A stretch of 64,000 nt of DNA, taken from the NCBI GenBank assembly GCA_934130325.1, contig CAKOYA010000002.1, positions 16,098 through 80,097 on the forward strand. The letters are read 5' to 3'. Both the position numbers and the translations under genes were made by a program. The number at the start of each line of letters is the position of its first letter. The first letter of the stretch is position 1. This DNA is from an uncultured Clostridia bacterium. Lineage in GTDB: Bacteria > Bacillota > Clostridia > TANB77 > CAG-465. Positions 9,935 to 19,633 of the stretch are shown one piece after another. The notes under the pieces were generated by a model. The model worked only from the letters and a program-made list of their open reading frames with translations. It was not told where the DNA came from and did no database searches.

Positions 9935-9949
9935 GTGTGAGGTTTTCAT

Positions 9950-10684
9950 ATGAAAATAAATGAAATTGATTTTAAAGAAGTTTTAAAAAAAGAGGCATTA
10001 AATATAGGTTTAGAACTTACAAATGAACAATTACAAAAGTTTCAAAAATATAAAGAGTTATTATTGGAGTGGAATGAAAAAATGAATTTGACAGCTATAA
10101 CAGATGATTATGGCGTTATAATGAAACATTTTATTGATTGCTTAGAAGTAGTAAAATATATAGATGATGGGAGTAATATTATAGATATAGGCACTGGAGC
10201 AGGATTTCCAGGAATAGTTATTTCAATATATTTTGAGAATAAAATAAGAATAACTTTACTTGATTCTTTAAATAAAAGACTAATATTTCTAAATGAAGTT
10301 AGAAATAAACTTAATTTAGTAAATGTTGAAATTATTCATTCAAGAGCAGAAGATTATATACAAAAAGATAATATACGTAGCGGATATGATGTAGTTGTAT
10401 CAAGAGCTGTGGCTCCTTTGAATGTACTTTTAGAATATGACATTCCATATTTAAAAGTTGGAAAAAAGGCATTATTTTTAAAAGGTGACAATGTAAAAAA
10501 TGAGATAGAGAATGCTAGTAATGCATTAAAAATTCTTAATTCTAAAATATATAATATATATGAATATAGTTACACAGTTGAAAGTGAAAAATATGATAGA
10601 AGTATATTAGAAGTAATGAAGGTTAGTGAGGTAAACAAGAAGTATCCAAGAAATTATGGGAAAATAAAAAAACAGCCATTATAA
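9950..10684 (+). CDS. rsmG: 16S rRNA (guanine527-N7)-methyltransferase RsmG
   Basis: DIGTGAGFPG SAM motif. Synteny after mnmG. Confidence 0.93.
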   Translation: MKINEIDFKEVLKKEALNIGLELTNEQLQKFQKYKELLLEWNEKMNLTAITDDYGVIMKHFIDCLEVVKYIDDGSNIIDIGTGAGFPGIVISIYFENKIRITLLDSLNKRLIFLNEVRNKLNLVNVEIIHSRAEDYIQKDNIRSGYDVVVSRAVAPLNVLLEYDIPYLKVGKKALFLKGDNVKNEIENASNALKILNSKIYNIYEYSYTVESEKYDRSILEVMKVSEVNKKYPRNYGKIKKQPL

Positions 10685-10710
10685 AATAATTAAAATTATG
10701 TAAAAACAAA

Positions 10711-10758
10711 AAAAGAGTAGATAAAAAATAAAATTTTGAATTTACTCTTTTTTTTTAT
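10711..10758 (+). terminator. putative terminator after rsmG
   Basis: AAAGAGTA / TACTCTTT stem with a long loop, followed by a T9 run. Confidence 0.4.
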
Positions 10759-10798
10759 TGCAAAATGTAATATAATATATTTACGAGGTGAAATTAAC

Positions 10799-11569
10799 GT
10801 GGCAAAAATTATATCAATTGCAAATCAAAAGGGTGGTGTAGGTAAAACTACTACTGCTGTTAATTTAAGTGCTTGTATAGCACAGAAGGGAAAAAAAGTA
10901 TTATTAATAGATATTGATCCTCAAGGTAACGCAACCAGTGGATTGGGAGTGGAAGCACATGAAGGTAAATCAATATATAATGTATTAGTTGAAGATTTAG
11001 ATATTTCAGAAACTTTACATAATACAATGCTTAAAAAACTAGATGTATGTCCAGCTAACATTAATTTAGCAGGAGCTGAAATCGAACTTGTGTCAATGGT
11101 TTCAAGGGAAACTAGATTAAAAGAAGCTATTGAGAGTGTAAAGGAAAATTATGATTATATTTTAATTGATTGTCCTCCATCGCTTGGGTTGATAACTTTA
11201 AATGCTTTTACCGCATCTGATAGTGTACTTGTGCCTATACAGTGTGAGTATTACGCATTAGAAGGATTAGGTCAATTGGTAAATACGATAAAATTAGTGC
11301 AAAAGAGATTGAATAAGAATCTTGAAATAGAAGGAGTTGTCCTTACAATGTATGATTCTAGAACCAATCTTTCAACAGAAGTTGCAAATGAGGTTGAAAA
11401 GTATTTTGGAAATAAAGTATTTCAAACTATAATTCCAAGAAATATTAGATTAAGTGAAGCACCATCTCATGCACTTCCTATATCATTATATGATCCAAAT
11501 TCTAAGGGAGCTGAAAAATATAAAAAATTGGCTAGTGAAATAATTAAATTAAATGGAAAAGGGGTATAA
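10799..11569 (+). CDS. soj: ParA/Soj chromosome partitioning ATPase
   Basis: GTG start after a GAGGTG RBS gives VAKIISIANQKGGVGKTTT (deviant Walker A). The long upstream extension in the track has no RBS. Confidence 0.93.
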   Translation: MAKIISIANQKGGVGKTTTAVNLSACIAQKGKKVLLIDIDPQGNATSGLGVEAHEGKSIYNVLVEDLDISETLHNTMLKKLDVCPANINLAGAEIELVSMVSRETRLKEAIESVKENYDYILIDCPPSLGLITLNAFTASDSVLVPIQCEYYALEGLGQLVNTIKLVQKRLNKNLEIEGVVLTMYDSRTNLSTEVANEVEKYFGNKVFQTIIPRNIRLSEAPSHALPISLYDPNSKGAEKYKKLASEIIKLNGKGV

Positions 11570-11572
11570 TTA

Positions 11573-12463
11573 ATGACTAAGACTAAAGGTTTAGGTAGAG
11601 GGTTAGATGCTTTCTTTGGCAATGATATAAAAGAGGTAGAAGAAATTGTACAGCCAAAGAAAGAAAAAAAATATAAAGAAATTGATAAAGTGGTAGAGTT
11701 AAATATTACAGAAATAGAACCTATGCTTAATCAGCCAAGAAAAATTTTTGATAAAGAAAAATTAGACGAACTTGCTGATTCAATAAAAGAACACGGAGTT
11801 CTTCAACCAATTCTTGTGGTAAAAGATGAAAATGGGTATACTATTGTAGCTGGTGAAAGAAGATGGAGAGCAGCAAAAAAAGCAGGACTTAAAGAAATTC
11901 CAGCAATAATAAAGGATTATACTGATGGTAAAAAGAAACAAGTAGCTCTTATAGAAAATATACAAAGAGAAGATTTAAATATTGTAGAAATTGCAAGGGC
12001 AATAAAGGAACTTATGGAGATTGATGGATACACTCAGTCAGAAGTTGCAAAAATTACTGGTAAATCACTTCCAACAGTTTCAAATATAACAAGGCTTTTG
12101 AAATTACCAGATGAAATTTTGGAGTATATCTTAGATGGAAAACTTGTAGAAGGGCAAGCTAGGGCTTTACTAGCTATTGATAATAGAGATAAACAAATAG
12201 AAATTGCCCAAAAAATTATTGAAAAGAAGCTTACTGTAAGAGAAGTAGAAAAATTAATTTATGGTGCTGAAGAATATACTAGAAAGGCAAATAAAAAACA
12301 ACCTAAAACTGTGTATTATCAGAAAATAGAAGATAGTTTGAAAAATTACTTTGGATATAAAGTAAAAATTGATTCAAATAAGAAACATCAAAAACTTATC
12401 ATTGAATATAACGATGAAGAGGGATTAAATAGTTTATTAGATAAACTAGATATAAAATTATAG
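11573..12463 (+). CDS. spo0J: ParB/Spo0J partition protein
   Basis: GVLQPILV and GERRWRAAKKAGL ParB boxes. HTH region. Confidence 0.93.
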   Translation: MTKTKGLGRGLDAFFGNDIKEVEEIVQPKKEKKYKEIDKVVELNITEIEPMLNQPRKIFDKEKLDELADSIKEHGVLQPILVVKDENGYTIVAGERRWRAAKKAGLKEIPAIIKDYTDGKKKQVALIENIQREDLNIVEIARAIKELMEIDGYTQSEVAKITGKSLPTVSNITRLLKLPDEILEYILDGKLVEGQARALLAIDNRDKQIEIAQKIIEKKLTVREVEKLIYGAEEYTRKANKKQPKTVYYQKIEDSLKNYFGYKVKIDSNKKHQKLIIEYNDEEGLNSLLDKLDIKL

Positions 12464-12472
12464 GTGGGTAAT

Positions 12473-12901
12473 ATGGTAGAAAGAACAGGAAGGGCAATTA
12501 TATTTGATAAAAATGATAATATTATCTTTATTAAGAGAAAAAAATTTAATAAAGATATGTCTATAAATAAGATATATTATACATTTCCAGGTGGTCATTT
12601 AGAAGGAAATGAATCTTTTGAAGAGGCTGTAATTAGAGAAGTGTATGAAGAATTAAGCTTAAAAATATCAATAGATAAAGAGTTTGTACATTTATTTAAT
12701 AAAGATTTAAAAAGAGACGAAATATTTTATATATCAAATATAATAGGCGGTGTATTGCATGCTGGTAATGGTCCTGAATTTCAAAATATAGATTATTTAA
12801 AATATGGAAAGTATGAAATAGTTAGCTTAAATAAAGGTGAATTAGGAAAATATAACATACTTCCTGTTGAGGTAAAGGAAAAAATATTAAAAGAATTATA
12901 A
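12473..12901 (+). CDS. NUDIX hydrolase
   Basis: NUDIX box GGHLEGNESFEEAVIREVYEELSL. ATG 12473 follows AGGTGGG. The track ORF starts at GTG 12464. Confidence 0.8.
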   Translation: MVERTGRAIIFDKNDNIIFIKRKKFNKDMSINKIYYTFPGGHLEGNESFEEAVIREVYEELSLKISIDKEFVHLFNKDLKRDEIFYISNIIGGVLHAGNGPEFQNIDYLKYGKYEIVSLNKGELGKYNILPVEVKEKILKEL

Positions 12902-12919
12902 AAACTCTATATAAAAGTA

Positions 12920-12947
12920 TTGACAAAAGAAAAAAAACTGATATAAT
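12920..12947 (+). promoter_or_regulatory. sigma-A promoter for the tRNA-Ser pair
   Basis: TTGACA (12920-12925), 16-bp spacer, TATAAT (12942-12947). Confidence 0.6.
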
Positions 12948-12967
12948 AAATATTGTATTAGTTTGTT

Positions 12968-13056
12968 GGAAGCGTGTCCGAGTGGTTTAAGGAGTCAGTC
13001 TTGAAAACTGATGATGTCGCAAGGCACCGTGGGTTCGAATCCTACCGCTTCCGCCA
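12968..13056 (+). tRNA. tRNA-Ser (anticodon UGA)
   Basis: Acceptor GGAAGCG/CGCTTCC + G + CCA. Anticodon stem TCAGT/ACTGA with loop CTTGAAA. Long variable arm. GGTTCGAATCC T-loop. Confidence 0.92.
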
Positions 13057-13098
13057 ATTTTAGAGCGGAAATATATAATTTCCGTTCTTGCAGTATAT

Positions 13099-13188
13099 GG
13101 AGACGTACCCAAGTGGTGAAGGGGAATGTTTGCTAAACATTTAGGGTCCGCAAGGGCCGCGGAGGTTCGAACCCTCTCGTCTCCGCCA
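13099..13188 (+). tRNA. tRNA-Ser (anticodon GCU)
   Basis: Acceptor GGAGACG/CGTCTCC + G + CCA. Anticodon stem AATGT/ACATT with loop TTGCTAA. Long variable arm. GGTTCGAACCC T-loop. Confidence 0.92.
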
Positions 13189-13203
13189 AAGATAATGTTG
13201 GAG

Positions 13204-13231
13204 AAAACGTTGATTATTCAACGTTTTTTTC
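13204..13231 (+). terminator. rho-independent terminator after the tRNAs
   Basis: AAAACGTTGA / TCAACGTTTT 10-bp stem, 4-nt loop, T-run. Confidence 0.8.
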
Positions 13232-13365
13232 TTTGCGCTAAAAAATGTGTAACATATACTAATGTTTTCTAAAATCGATATTTTACTTGTTTTTGAAGGA
13301 TAACTGTGATATAATGACCGAGGAAATATTTGTTACTCTAAAAATAATTTAAGGAGGAGATTTTA

Positions 13366-15267
13366 ATGTTAAACGAAACCATTACTAAGGATTTGGTGGT
13401 ATTTGATAATGCGTGGGGAAAAATAAATATTCCAGCCGCATTTTGTAAAATTTTGTATCATCCTGCAGTTCAGGCGTTAAAGTTTAAAAAACAACTAGGA
13501 ATGATTGTAAGAAATCCAAGTTTTTCGGGCGGACATCACACACGGTATGATCATGCTATAGGAGTTTATTATGTTGCTACCAAACTTATAGAATCGTGTA
13601 AGAAAAGATTTAAAGGATTTTTTGAAATCACTAAAAAGGAGGAAAATGCTTTTTATTTGAGTGCCTTGCTTCATGATCTTGGGCATAAAAGTGGTTCACA
13701 TGCATTTGAGAGATTTACAAATGTGAGTCATGAAGTTGAAACTTACAATGCAATCTTGAAAATGGAGTCCGATATAGATGAAATATTTGGACAGGGAACA
13801 TGTTATTATATACTTGAAATTCTAAACGATAAAAACAAGATAAAAAAAGAGACAGCATTGAGGGAAAGTAATAAGATAGATTTACTTTTTATTCTGTCTG
13901 AACTTATGGTTGGATCTGTCGATATTGATAGAATTGACTATATAATAAGGGATTATTTAAATATATATGGTAAGAAGAAAGATTTTTCCATTTTATTTGA
14001 GCATATGGAACTAGAACTTGTAAATAATCGTCCTAAAATTGTTTTTAATGAGTCTGCTCTGGGAATTTTAGAAGATTATCTAATTACGAGATTTAGACTA
14101 TATAACGATGTGCATTTTCATCCAAATGCGATAATTCAAGACGAATATTTTAAAAATTTTGTTTTGTCACATTATGAACCCAAAAATATAGATTTATATT
14201 TTACAGAAACGAATCTTAATTACGAAATTTCTAATGTTGATGTGAATGAAAAGCGTTTTGTTGATATACTAGATTATGGAGATTTTTCTTCAATAGTATA
14301 CAAAAAGTTTGAATCCAAAAAAGAAGCGGATATATTTTGGATTAAGCTTTCTACATTGATAGATACAAATAATTTATCCTATTGTGGATATTTGGAAAGG
14401 AAGATTACAATCTACGATAAAGAAAAAAACTGTATCTTGTTAAAGTCTGGATGTGAAATATTTGATATCACGTCAATTTCTAAGATAATAAAAGATAAAA
14501 TAACACAAAATACAATATGTATTTTTGTAGATATGGTTATACTTCAAGAAACTTTATTAAATAATTGTAAAGGTTTGAATTCAGAAGAGATCTGTAATAG
14601 ATTATCCCTTGTTAATTCACTTTTTTCAAAATCAGATAAAGAAGTAGAATATAAGTTTACTTTAAAATGTCAAGAAAATCAAGAATGGAAAGTGGCGGAA
14701 AGTGTTGTATCCAAGCTTTTTAATAAATATTCAAATATTGCTACAAAAACATCTGAGCATGTCAACAATGATGTATATTATTATGTTCCTGGAGTTTTTG
14801 ATGCGAAAAATGGTTCTGTAAGAATTAGATATGTTGATGGTATGATAAAACCTACTATAAAATTTAATTTAAAAGATGAGACTTCAATAACCAAACGTGA
14901 CGAACATAATTTTGAGAATATATCTGAGGCTGAATTTTTGAATGTAGCAAATGATATTTTGAATAAAAAAGGATTTAACGTTGATTTTAATAAGAAAGTG
15001 TCTATATTGAAAATAGAAACTATAAGACAGTTATATACTATTCATATTAAAAATTCTATCATTGAACTGGCCTTAGATAAATGTTTATATGTAAGCGATA
15101 AACGTGGTAGAAGAAAGTTTGATTTTATGATAGAAGTAGAATTTAAAGAAGGAGAAATTTTGGAGTTTTGGAAATTTGTAAATGAGTTAAAGGAAGTATT
15201 AGGGAAAGAAAACATCCTACCATGTACAGAATCAAAGCTTGCAAGAGCTACTAAAGGATTGGAATAA
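13366..15267 (+). CDS. HD-domain (SAMHD1/dGTPase-like) phosphohydrolase fused to a C-terminal CYTH / triphosphate tunnel domain
   Basis: N-terminal motifs: HHTRYDHAIGV, LLHDLGHKSGSHAFE, DIDRIDYIIRD. C-terminal ~200 aa: EVEYKF (ExExK), VRIRYV, TIKFN, KRDEHNF, IEVEFKEG, ESKLARA. GGAGGAG RBS. Extended -10 TGATATAAT at 13307-13315. Confidence 0.75.
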   Translation: MLNETITKDLVVFDNAWGKINIPAAFCKILYHPAVQALKFKKQLGMIVRNPSFSGGHHTRYDHAIGVYYVATKLIESCKKRFKGFFEITKKEENAFYLSALLHDLGHKSGSHAFERFTNVSHEVETYNAILKMESDIDEIFGQGTCYYILEILNDKNKIKKETALRESNKIDLLFILSELMVGSVDIDRIDYIIRDYLNIYGKKKDFSILFEHMELELVNNRPKIVFNESALGILEDYLITRFRLYNDVHFHPNAIIQDEYFKNFVLSHYEPKNIDLYFTETNLNYEISNVDVNEKRFVDILDYGDFSSIVYKKFESKKEADIFWIKLSTLIDTNNLSYCGYLERKITIYDKEKNCILLKSGCEIFDITSISKIIKDKITQNTICIFVDMVILQETLLNNCKGLNSEEICNRLSLVNSLFSKSDKEVEYKFTLKCQENQEWKVAESVVSKLFNKYSNIATKTSEHVNNDVYYYVPGVFDAKNGSVRIRYVDGMIKPTIKFNLKDETSITKRDEHNFENISEAEFLNVANDILNKKGFNVDFNKKVSILKIETIRQLYTIHIKNSIIELALDKCLYVSDKRGRRKFDFMIEVEFKEGEILEFWKFVNELKEVLGKENILPCTESKLARATKGLE

Positions 15268-15277
15268 AAATATTTTT

Positions 15278-15321
15278 AACTGCTAAAAAAGAGCAAAATT
15301 GTATCTTTTTTGGCAGTTTTC
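15278..15321 (+). terminator. rho-independent terminator
   Basis: 15-bp stem AACTGCTAAAAAAGA / TCTTTTTTGGCAGTT (one G-U pair) followed by T residues. Confidence 0.7.
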
Positions 15322-15381
15322 TATGCTTAAAATTAACTAATATAACAAATATATAATATAATATAGGGAGGTGAATAATTT

Positions 15382-16017
15382 ATGAATTTAAAAGAATTTG
15401 GGGATTGGGCATTAAGAGAAGTTAGTGTAGCAAATCCACCTCCTAATTATAAGTATAAGGGTGAATGTGTAAGTTTAATTCAGCAATTATTATATCGTGT
15501 ATTAAACATACCTTTTAAGGCAAGGGGAAATGCAAAAGATTGGGCAACTAATGCAGACGTTCTTAAATATTTTAATAAACTATCATCTGATACAAGGTTA
15601 AAAAAAGGTGATATTTTAGTTTATGGAAGCAATTATGGCGGAGGGTATGGACACTTAGGATTTATTGATGCTAATGGAAAGTATTTTGATCAAAATGGTA
15701 TAAATCTAAGAAAAGTTGGCTATAGAGATAATCCTTTTAATGGATATATATGTGTATTAAGAAGTAAAGAAAATATGAGAATTGATGATATCAATGAATT
15801 TTGGGTTAGAGTTGATAAACCTGAAGCAAATGTAAGGGTAGAACCTAATACTACCTCAAACATTGTGATACAACCTGGAGGATTAGATTGTCTAAAAAAT
15901 GGTGATAAATTTAAAGCAATTGGAATAGTAGACGGTGAAAGTATAAATGGAAATAATAAATGGTATCAATCAGCTAAAGGAAATTATGTATGGTCATATG
16001 GATTAACTAAGATTTAA
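15382..16017 (+). CDS. CHAP-domain peptidoglycan hydrolase with C-terminal SH3b-like domain, no signal peptide
   Basis: GECVSLIQQ (Cys) and GGGYGHLGFI (His) CHAP motifs. The C-terminal WVRVDKPEANVRVEPN...NNKWYQ resembles SH3b. The N-terminus is not hydrophobic. Confidence 0.7.
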   Translation: MNLKEFGDWALREVSVANPPPNYKYKGECVSLIQQLLYRVLNIPFKARGNAKDWATNADVLKYFNKLSSDTRLKKGDILVYGSNYGGGYGHLGFIDANGKYFDQNGINLRKVGYRDNPFNGYICVLRSKENMRIDDINEFWVRVDKPEANVRVEPNTTSNIVIQPGGLDCLKNGDKFKAIGIVDGESINGNNKWYQSAKGNYVWSYGLTKI

Positions 16018-16070
16018 ATTAATAAAGTAAAAGGAATGGTTATGTTATATAAACTCATTCCTTTTACTTT

Positions 16071-16604
16071 TTATAATTTTAATATGAATATTGATTCAAT
16101 TATATTCATTAGTTCTGAAATTAATAACATTATACCACAAACTTTTCCTACTGTTATAAGGGTTGCAAATGGATTTAATATTATAATTAATCCGATGATA
16201 AATGTTATAATGGATATAATTACTATAGCTTTCCAGCTAGTATTTGAAATTCCTTTTATGTTAAATGCAATTTGCAATTTTATAATACTTTCAATTATAA
16301 TCCAAGCACCTATAACCCAAGTTAAAATAGTGTTAATTGTTTGAGCATTTATAATTATTACTATACCTAAAATTGTAGTTATAACTCCAATAATTAACTT
16401 AAAACTAAATGCTTTAATTTCTTGTGGACTAGTAAAATAAGTAATAAGTTCAACTAAACCTGTAATACCAACAATTATACCAATTATTATTGTTATAGCA
16501 TTAAATGATGTAGTAGGGTCAATTATTAAAAATATTGAAAGAACAATTAATGCAAGTGATATTAAAATATTATATCTATTATATTTTTTTATATAATTTT
16601 CCAT
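16071..16604 (-). CDS. HdeD/DUF308-like multi-pass membrane protein
   Basis: Repeated small glycine-rich TM hairpins. Start MENYIKKY at 16604 follows AAGGAGG. Confidence 0.55.
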   Translation of the reverse strand: MENYIKKYNRYNILISLALIVLSIFLIIDPTTSFNAITIIIGIIVGITGLVELITYFTSPQEIKAFSFKLIIGVITTILGIVIIINAQTINTILTWVIGAWIIIESIIKLQIAFNIKGISNTSWKAIVIISIITFIIGLIIILNPFATLITVGKVCGIMLLISELMNIIESIFILKL

Positions 16605-16688
16605 AAATTTACCTCCTTTTACAAAATTAGTATAACACAAAAATATGTAAATGTTAATAATAAAATCAATTTTTAATATAATTAATAT

Positions 16689-17423
16689 ATGAAATATAAT
16701 TTAGCCTTAAAAATATTAATTATAGTGAGTTTAATTGGTGGTATAAGTAGCTTTATAGGTGGAATTATTAGTTGCATTTTTAGTATAAAAAATAAAAAAG
16801 TTATTGCCTTGCTATATGAGTTAACAGCTGGGATAATGACATCTATTGTATGTTTTGATGTTATACCTGAAAGTATTAATATTTCTGGAAGTTTAATAAC
16901 AATTGTAGGTATATCAATCGGAATAGGATTTGTATATTTTTGCTACTTATATGAAGAAAAGTTAAAATTTAATAAAAGTATTAAAGTATTAAGCGAAACA
17001 TCAATAATGATTATGTTTTGTATGACTTTTCATAACTTTTTAGAAGGCGTAGCTATTGGATCATCTTTTTGTTATTCTTTTTCATTAGGAGTATCTGTTT
17101 TAATTTCCATGATATTACATGATATACCAGAGGGAATAATTGTGGGGATAGTAACAAAAATTAAGAGTGAAAATAATTTAAAGGCACTAAAGAGTTCATT
17201 TTTTTCAGGATTTTTAACCGGTTTGGGGGCTTTTTTAGGATATTTATTAGGTAAAATAAATAATATATATATATCATTTTGTTTATCAATTGCTGCTGGT
17301 TGTATGTTGTATATTGTTTCTTGTGATTTAATACCAAATTCTAAATTTCTTACAAAAGATAAAAAAGTGTATTTAGCATATGTATTTGGGATATTAACAG
17401 GATTAATAATAATTAAAATATAA
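16689..17423 (+). CDS. ZIP family divalent metal (zinc) transporter
   Basis: HNFLEGVAIG and HDIPEG motifs. About 8 TM segments. Confidence 0.8.
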   Translation: MKYNLALKILIIVSLIGGISSFIGGIISCIFSIKNKKVIALLYELTAGIMTSIVCFDVIPESINISGSLITIVGISIGIGFVYFCYLYEEKLKFNKSIKVLSETSIMIMFCMTFHNFLEGVAIGSSFCYSFSLGVSVLISMILHDIPEGIIVGIVTKIKSENNLKALKSSFFSGFLTGLGAFLGYLLGKINNIYISFCLSIAAGCMLYIVSCDLIPNSKFLTKDKKVYLAYVFGILTGLIIIKI

Positions 17424-17603
17424 AAAAATATATTATTAGTTTTATTGCAAATGTTAATTTATGTGCTTTTTAGGTATTTTTTAAAAATTTAAGCAAATAT
17501 TAGTAATGTGTAAAACTTGTTAATATTATGTATATTTAATTGACTTTAAAGATTAAATATGATAATATATTTTTGGAAAAATTTAGGTAAAGGATAGATA
17601 TGT

Positions 17604-18059
17604 ATGAAAAAAATATTGTTTATTTGTACTGGGAATATATGTCGTAGTCCTATGGCAGAACATTATATGCAACAACAAGTAATTAATTTGAATAAAGAAA
17701 ATGATTATTTAATTGACTCGTGTGGAATATATGCAAGCACTGGAGAAACTGCTACTAATAATGCCATTACTGCTATAAAAGATTACGGAGTGAATATGAG
17801 TAATCACAGGGCAAAAAGTATTTATGATATTAATTTATCTGAATATGACTTAATTATTACTCTTACTGAAAAACATAAAGATATTTTGCTAAGATTATTT
17901 CCTAATGAAAGAAATAAGATATATACATTAAAAGAGTATGTTGAGCCTAATATAAAATATAAGGATATTGATGATCCTTGGGGATATGGTTTGAGTGTAT
18001 ATAAATCCTGTGCCAAAGAAATTGTGGAATATGTGGATAAATTATTAGAAAAATATTAA
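17604..18059 (+). CDS. low-molecular-weight protein tyrosine/arginine phosphatase (YwlE-like)
   Basis: CTGNICRSP P-loop and DP general-acid motif, located upstream of rpiB as in Bacillus ywlE-ywlF. Confidence 0.88.
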   Translation: MKKILFICTGNICRSPMAEHYMQQQVINLNKENDYLIDSCGIYASTGETATNNAITAIKDYGVNMSNHRAKSIYDINLSEYDLIITLTEKHKDILLRLFPNERNKIYTLKEYVEPNIKYKDIDDPWGYGLSVYKSCAKEIVEYVDKLLEKY

Positions 18060-18073
18060 AGGATGTAGATAAA

Positions 18074-18544
18074 ATGATAGTAATAGGTTCTGATCATGCA
18101 GGTATAGAATTAAAAGATAAAATTATTGGTTATTTAGAAAGAGAACATATTAATTATTTGGATGTTATGAGTGGTAAGCATCAGGAAAACGACGACTATC
18201 CTGATGTTGCTAAAAGTATATGTATGGAAGTTTTAAAAAATAGTAGTAATTTAGGAATTGCAATCTGTGGTACTGGAATAGGTATATCAATTGCTTGCAA
18301 TAAGATAAGGGGAATAAGAGCAGCTAATTGTACAGATGAAATTATGGCAGAAATGTCTAAAAGACATAATAATGCAAATGTTTTAGCTCTGGGAGCTAGA
18401 TTGAAATTTGCTGAAAAATTTAATAATGTAGAAAGAATAGTGGATTCATTTTTGAATACTTTTTTTGAAGGCGGTAGGCATGAAGTAAGATTAGAAAAGA
18501 TTAAGTCTTTAGAAGGTGATAGTAAATATGGCAGCAGTATATAG
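18074..18544 (+). CDS. rpiB: ribose-5-phosphate isomerase B (RpiB/LacA/LacB family)
   Basis: GSDHAG and CGTGIG motifs. Confidence 0.88.
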   Translation: MIVIGSDHAGIELKDKIIGYLEREHINYLDVMSGKHQENDDYPDVAKSICMEVLKNSSNLGIAICGTGIGISIACNKIRGIRAANCTDEIMAEMSKRHNNANVLALGARLKFAEKFNNVERIVDSFLNTFFEGGRHEVRLEKIKSLEGDSKYGSSI

Positions 18545-19607
18545 CATAATTGTAATTACTTTTATTTTTGCATTAATTTTAACACCAATAACTATAAAAT
18601 TTGCACATAAGTTTAATTTAGTGGATATACCAAATGATAATAGAAGAATTCATAAAAAGCCTATGCCGCGTATTGGAGGAGTTGCAATAGTTGTATCTAT
18701 GTTTTTGGCCTTTTTAATATACTATTTATTTACTAGAAATATAGAGTCTATTGCACTAGATAAGAAATTTTATGGATATGCTATAGGAGCATTGATAATT
18801 GCACTTATGGGAATAATAGATGATATTTTTAATCTAAAGGCAAGATATAAGTTTTTTTTCCAGCTAGCAGCAGGAATAGTTATTTATTATTTTGATATTA
18901 GAATTTCTGGTTTTAAAATTCCTTTTGTACATACTGACATTATAAATTTTGAACTTTTAGATTTTCCCATTACGTTAATTTGGGTAATAGGTGTTACAAA
19001 TGCAGTAAATTTAATAGATGGATTAGATGGACTGGCAGCAGGAATATCTGCAATATCAGCAACAGCGCTGCTTACAATATTTATAGCTACATCGGCTAGT
19101 TTGGACGCTATTATTATAACTGCAGTACTTGTTGGTGCAACTTTAGGTTTTTTGCCGTATAATTTTAATCCTGCAAAAACATTTATGGGGGATGTTGGAT
19201 CAAATTTTCTGGGATTTACCTTGTCTATAGTTTCAATATTAGGATTTGCTAAAGGATATACTATAATAGCAATAATTATTCCTATATTAGCTTTGGGTGT
19301 ACCAATATTTGATACGGTATTTGCAATGGTTAGAAGATTTTTAAAAGGACAACCAATGTTAAAACCGGATGGTGCACATATTCATCATAGATTATTGAAG
19401 AGAGGATTTAACCAACGTCAAGCTGTATTAATTTTATATACAATAACTAGTGTATTATGTATAATTTCTGTAGTTATGATATCTGCTGATATATGGAAAT
19501 TACTACTGTTAATTTTATCAGTATGTTTGTTTATGATTTTTGGAATTATAAGTATGAAAAAAGAATCTAATTTCAATGATGTAAAAGAAGAATTTAAGCA
19601 TAAATAA
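18528..19607 (+). CDS. glycosyltransferase family 4 (WecA/TagO/MraY-like undecaprenyl-phosphate sugar-phosphate transferase)
   Basis: NAVNLIDGLDGLA motif. About 10 TM segments. ATG 18528 follows AAGGTGA. Confidence 0.85.
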   Translation: MAAVYSIIVITFIFALILTPITIKFAHKFNLVDIPNDNRRIHKKPMPRIGGVAIVVSMFLAFLIYYLFTRNIESIALDKKFYGYAIGALIIALMGIIDDIFNLKARYKFFFQLAAGIVIYYFDIRISGFKIPFVHTDIINFELLDFPITLIWVIGVTNAVNLIDGLDGLAAGISAISATALLTIFIATSASLDAIIITAVLVGATLGFLPYNFNPAKTFMGDVGSNFLGFTLSIVSILGFAKGYTIIAIIIPILALGVPIFDTVFAMVRRFLKGQPMLKPDGAHIHHRLLKRGFNQRQAVLILYTITSVLCIISVVMISADIWKLLLLILSVCLFMIFGIISMKKESNFNDVKEEFKHK

Positions 19608-19633
19608 AATATTTAATTTTTAAGGAGGAAATA

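Noticed and set aside
13057-16070. Region downstream of the tRNA-Ser pair as a bounded genomic island
   Set aside because: No repeat of the tRNA 3' end and no integrase were found, and there is no obvious composition shift by eye. Island status remains speculative and is mentioned only as context.
16036-16344. Plus-strand 102-aa hydrophobic ORF
   Set aside because: It overlaps the minus-strand HdeD-like gene, which has a strong RBS and a repeated TM-hairpin pattern. The plus ORF has no RBS.
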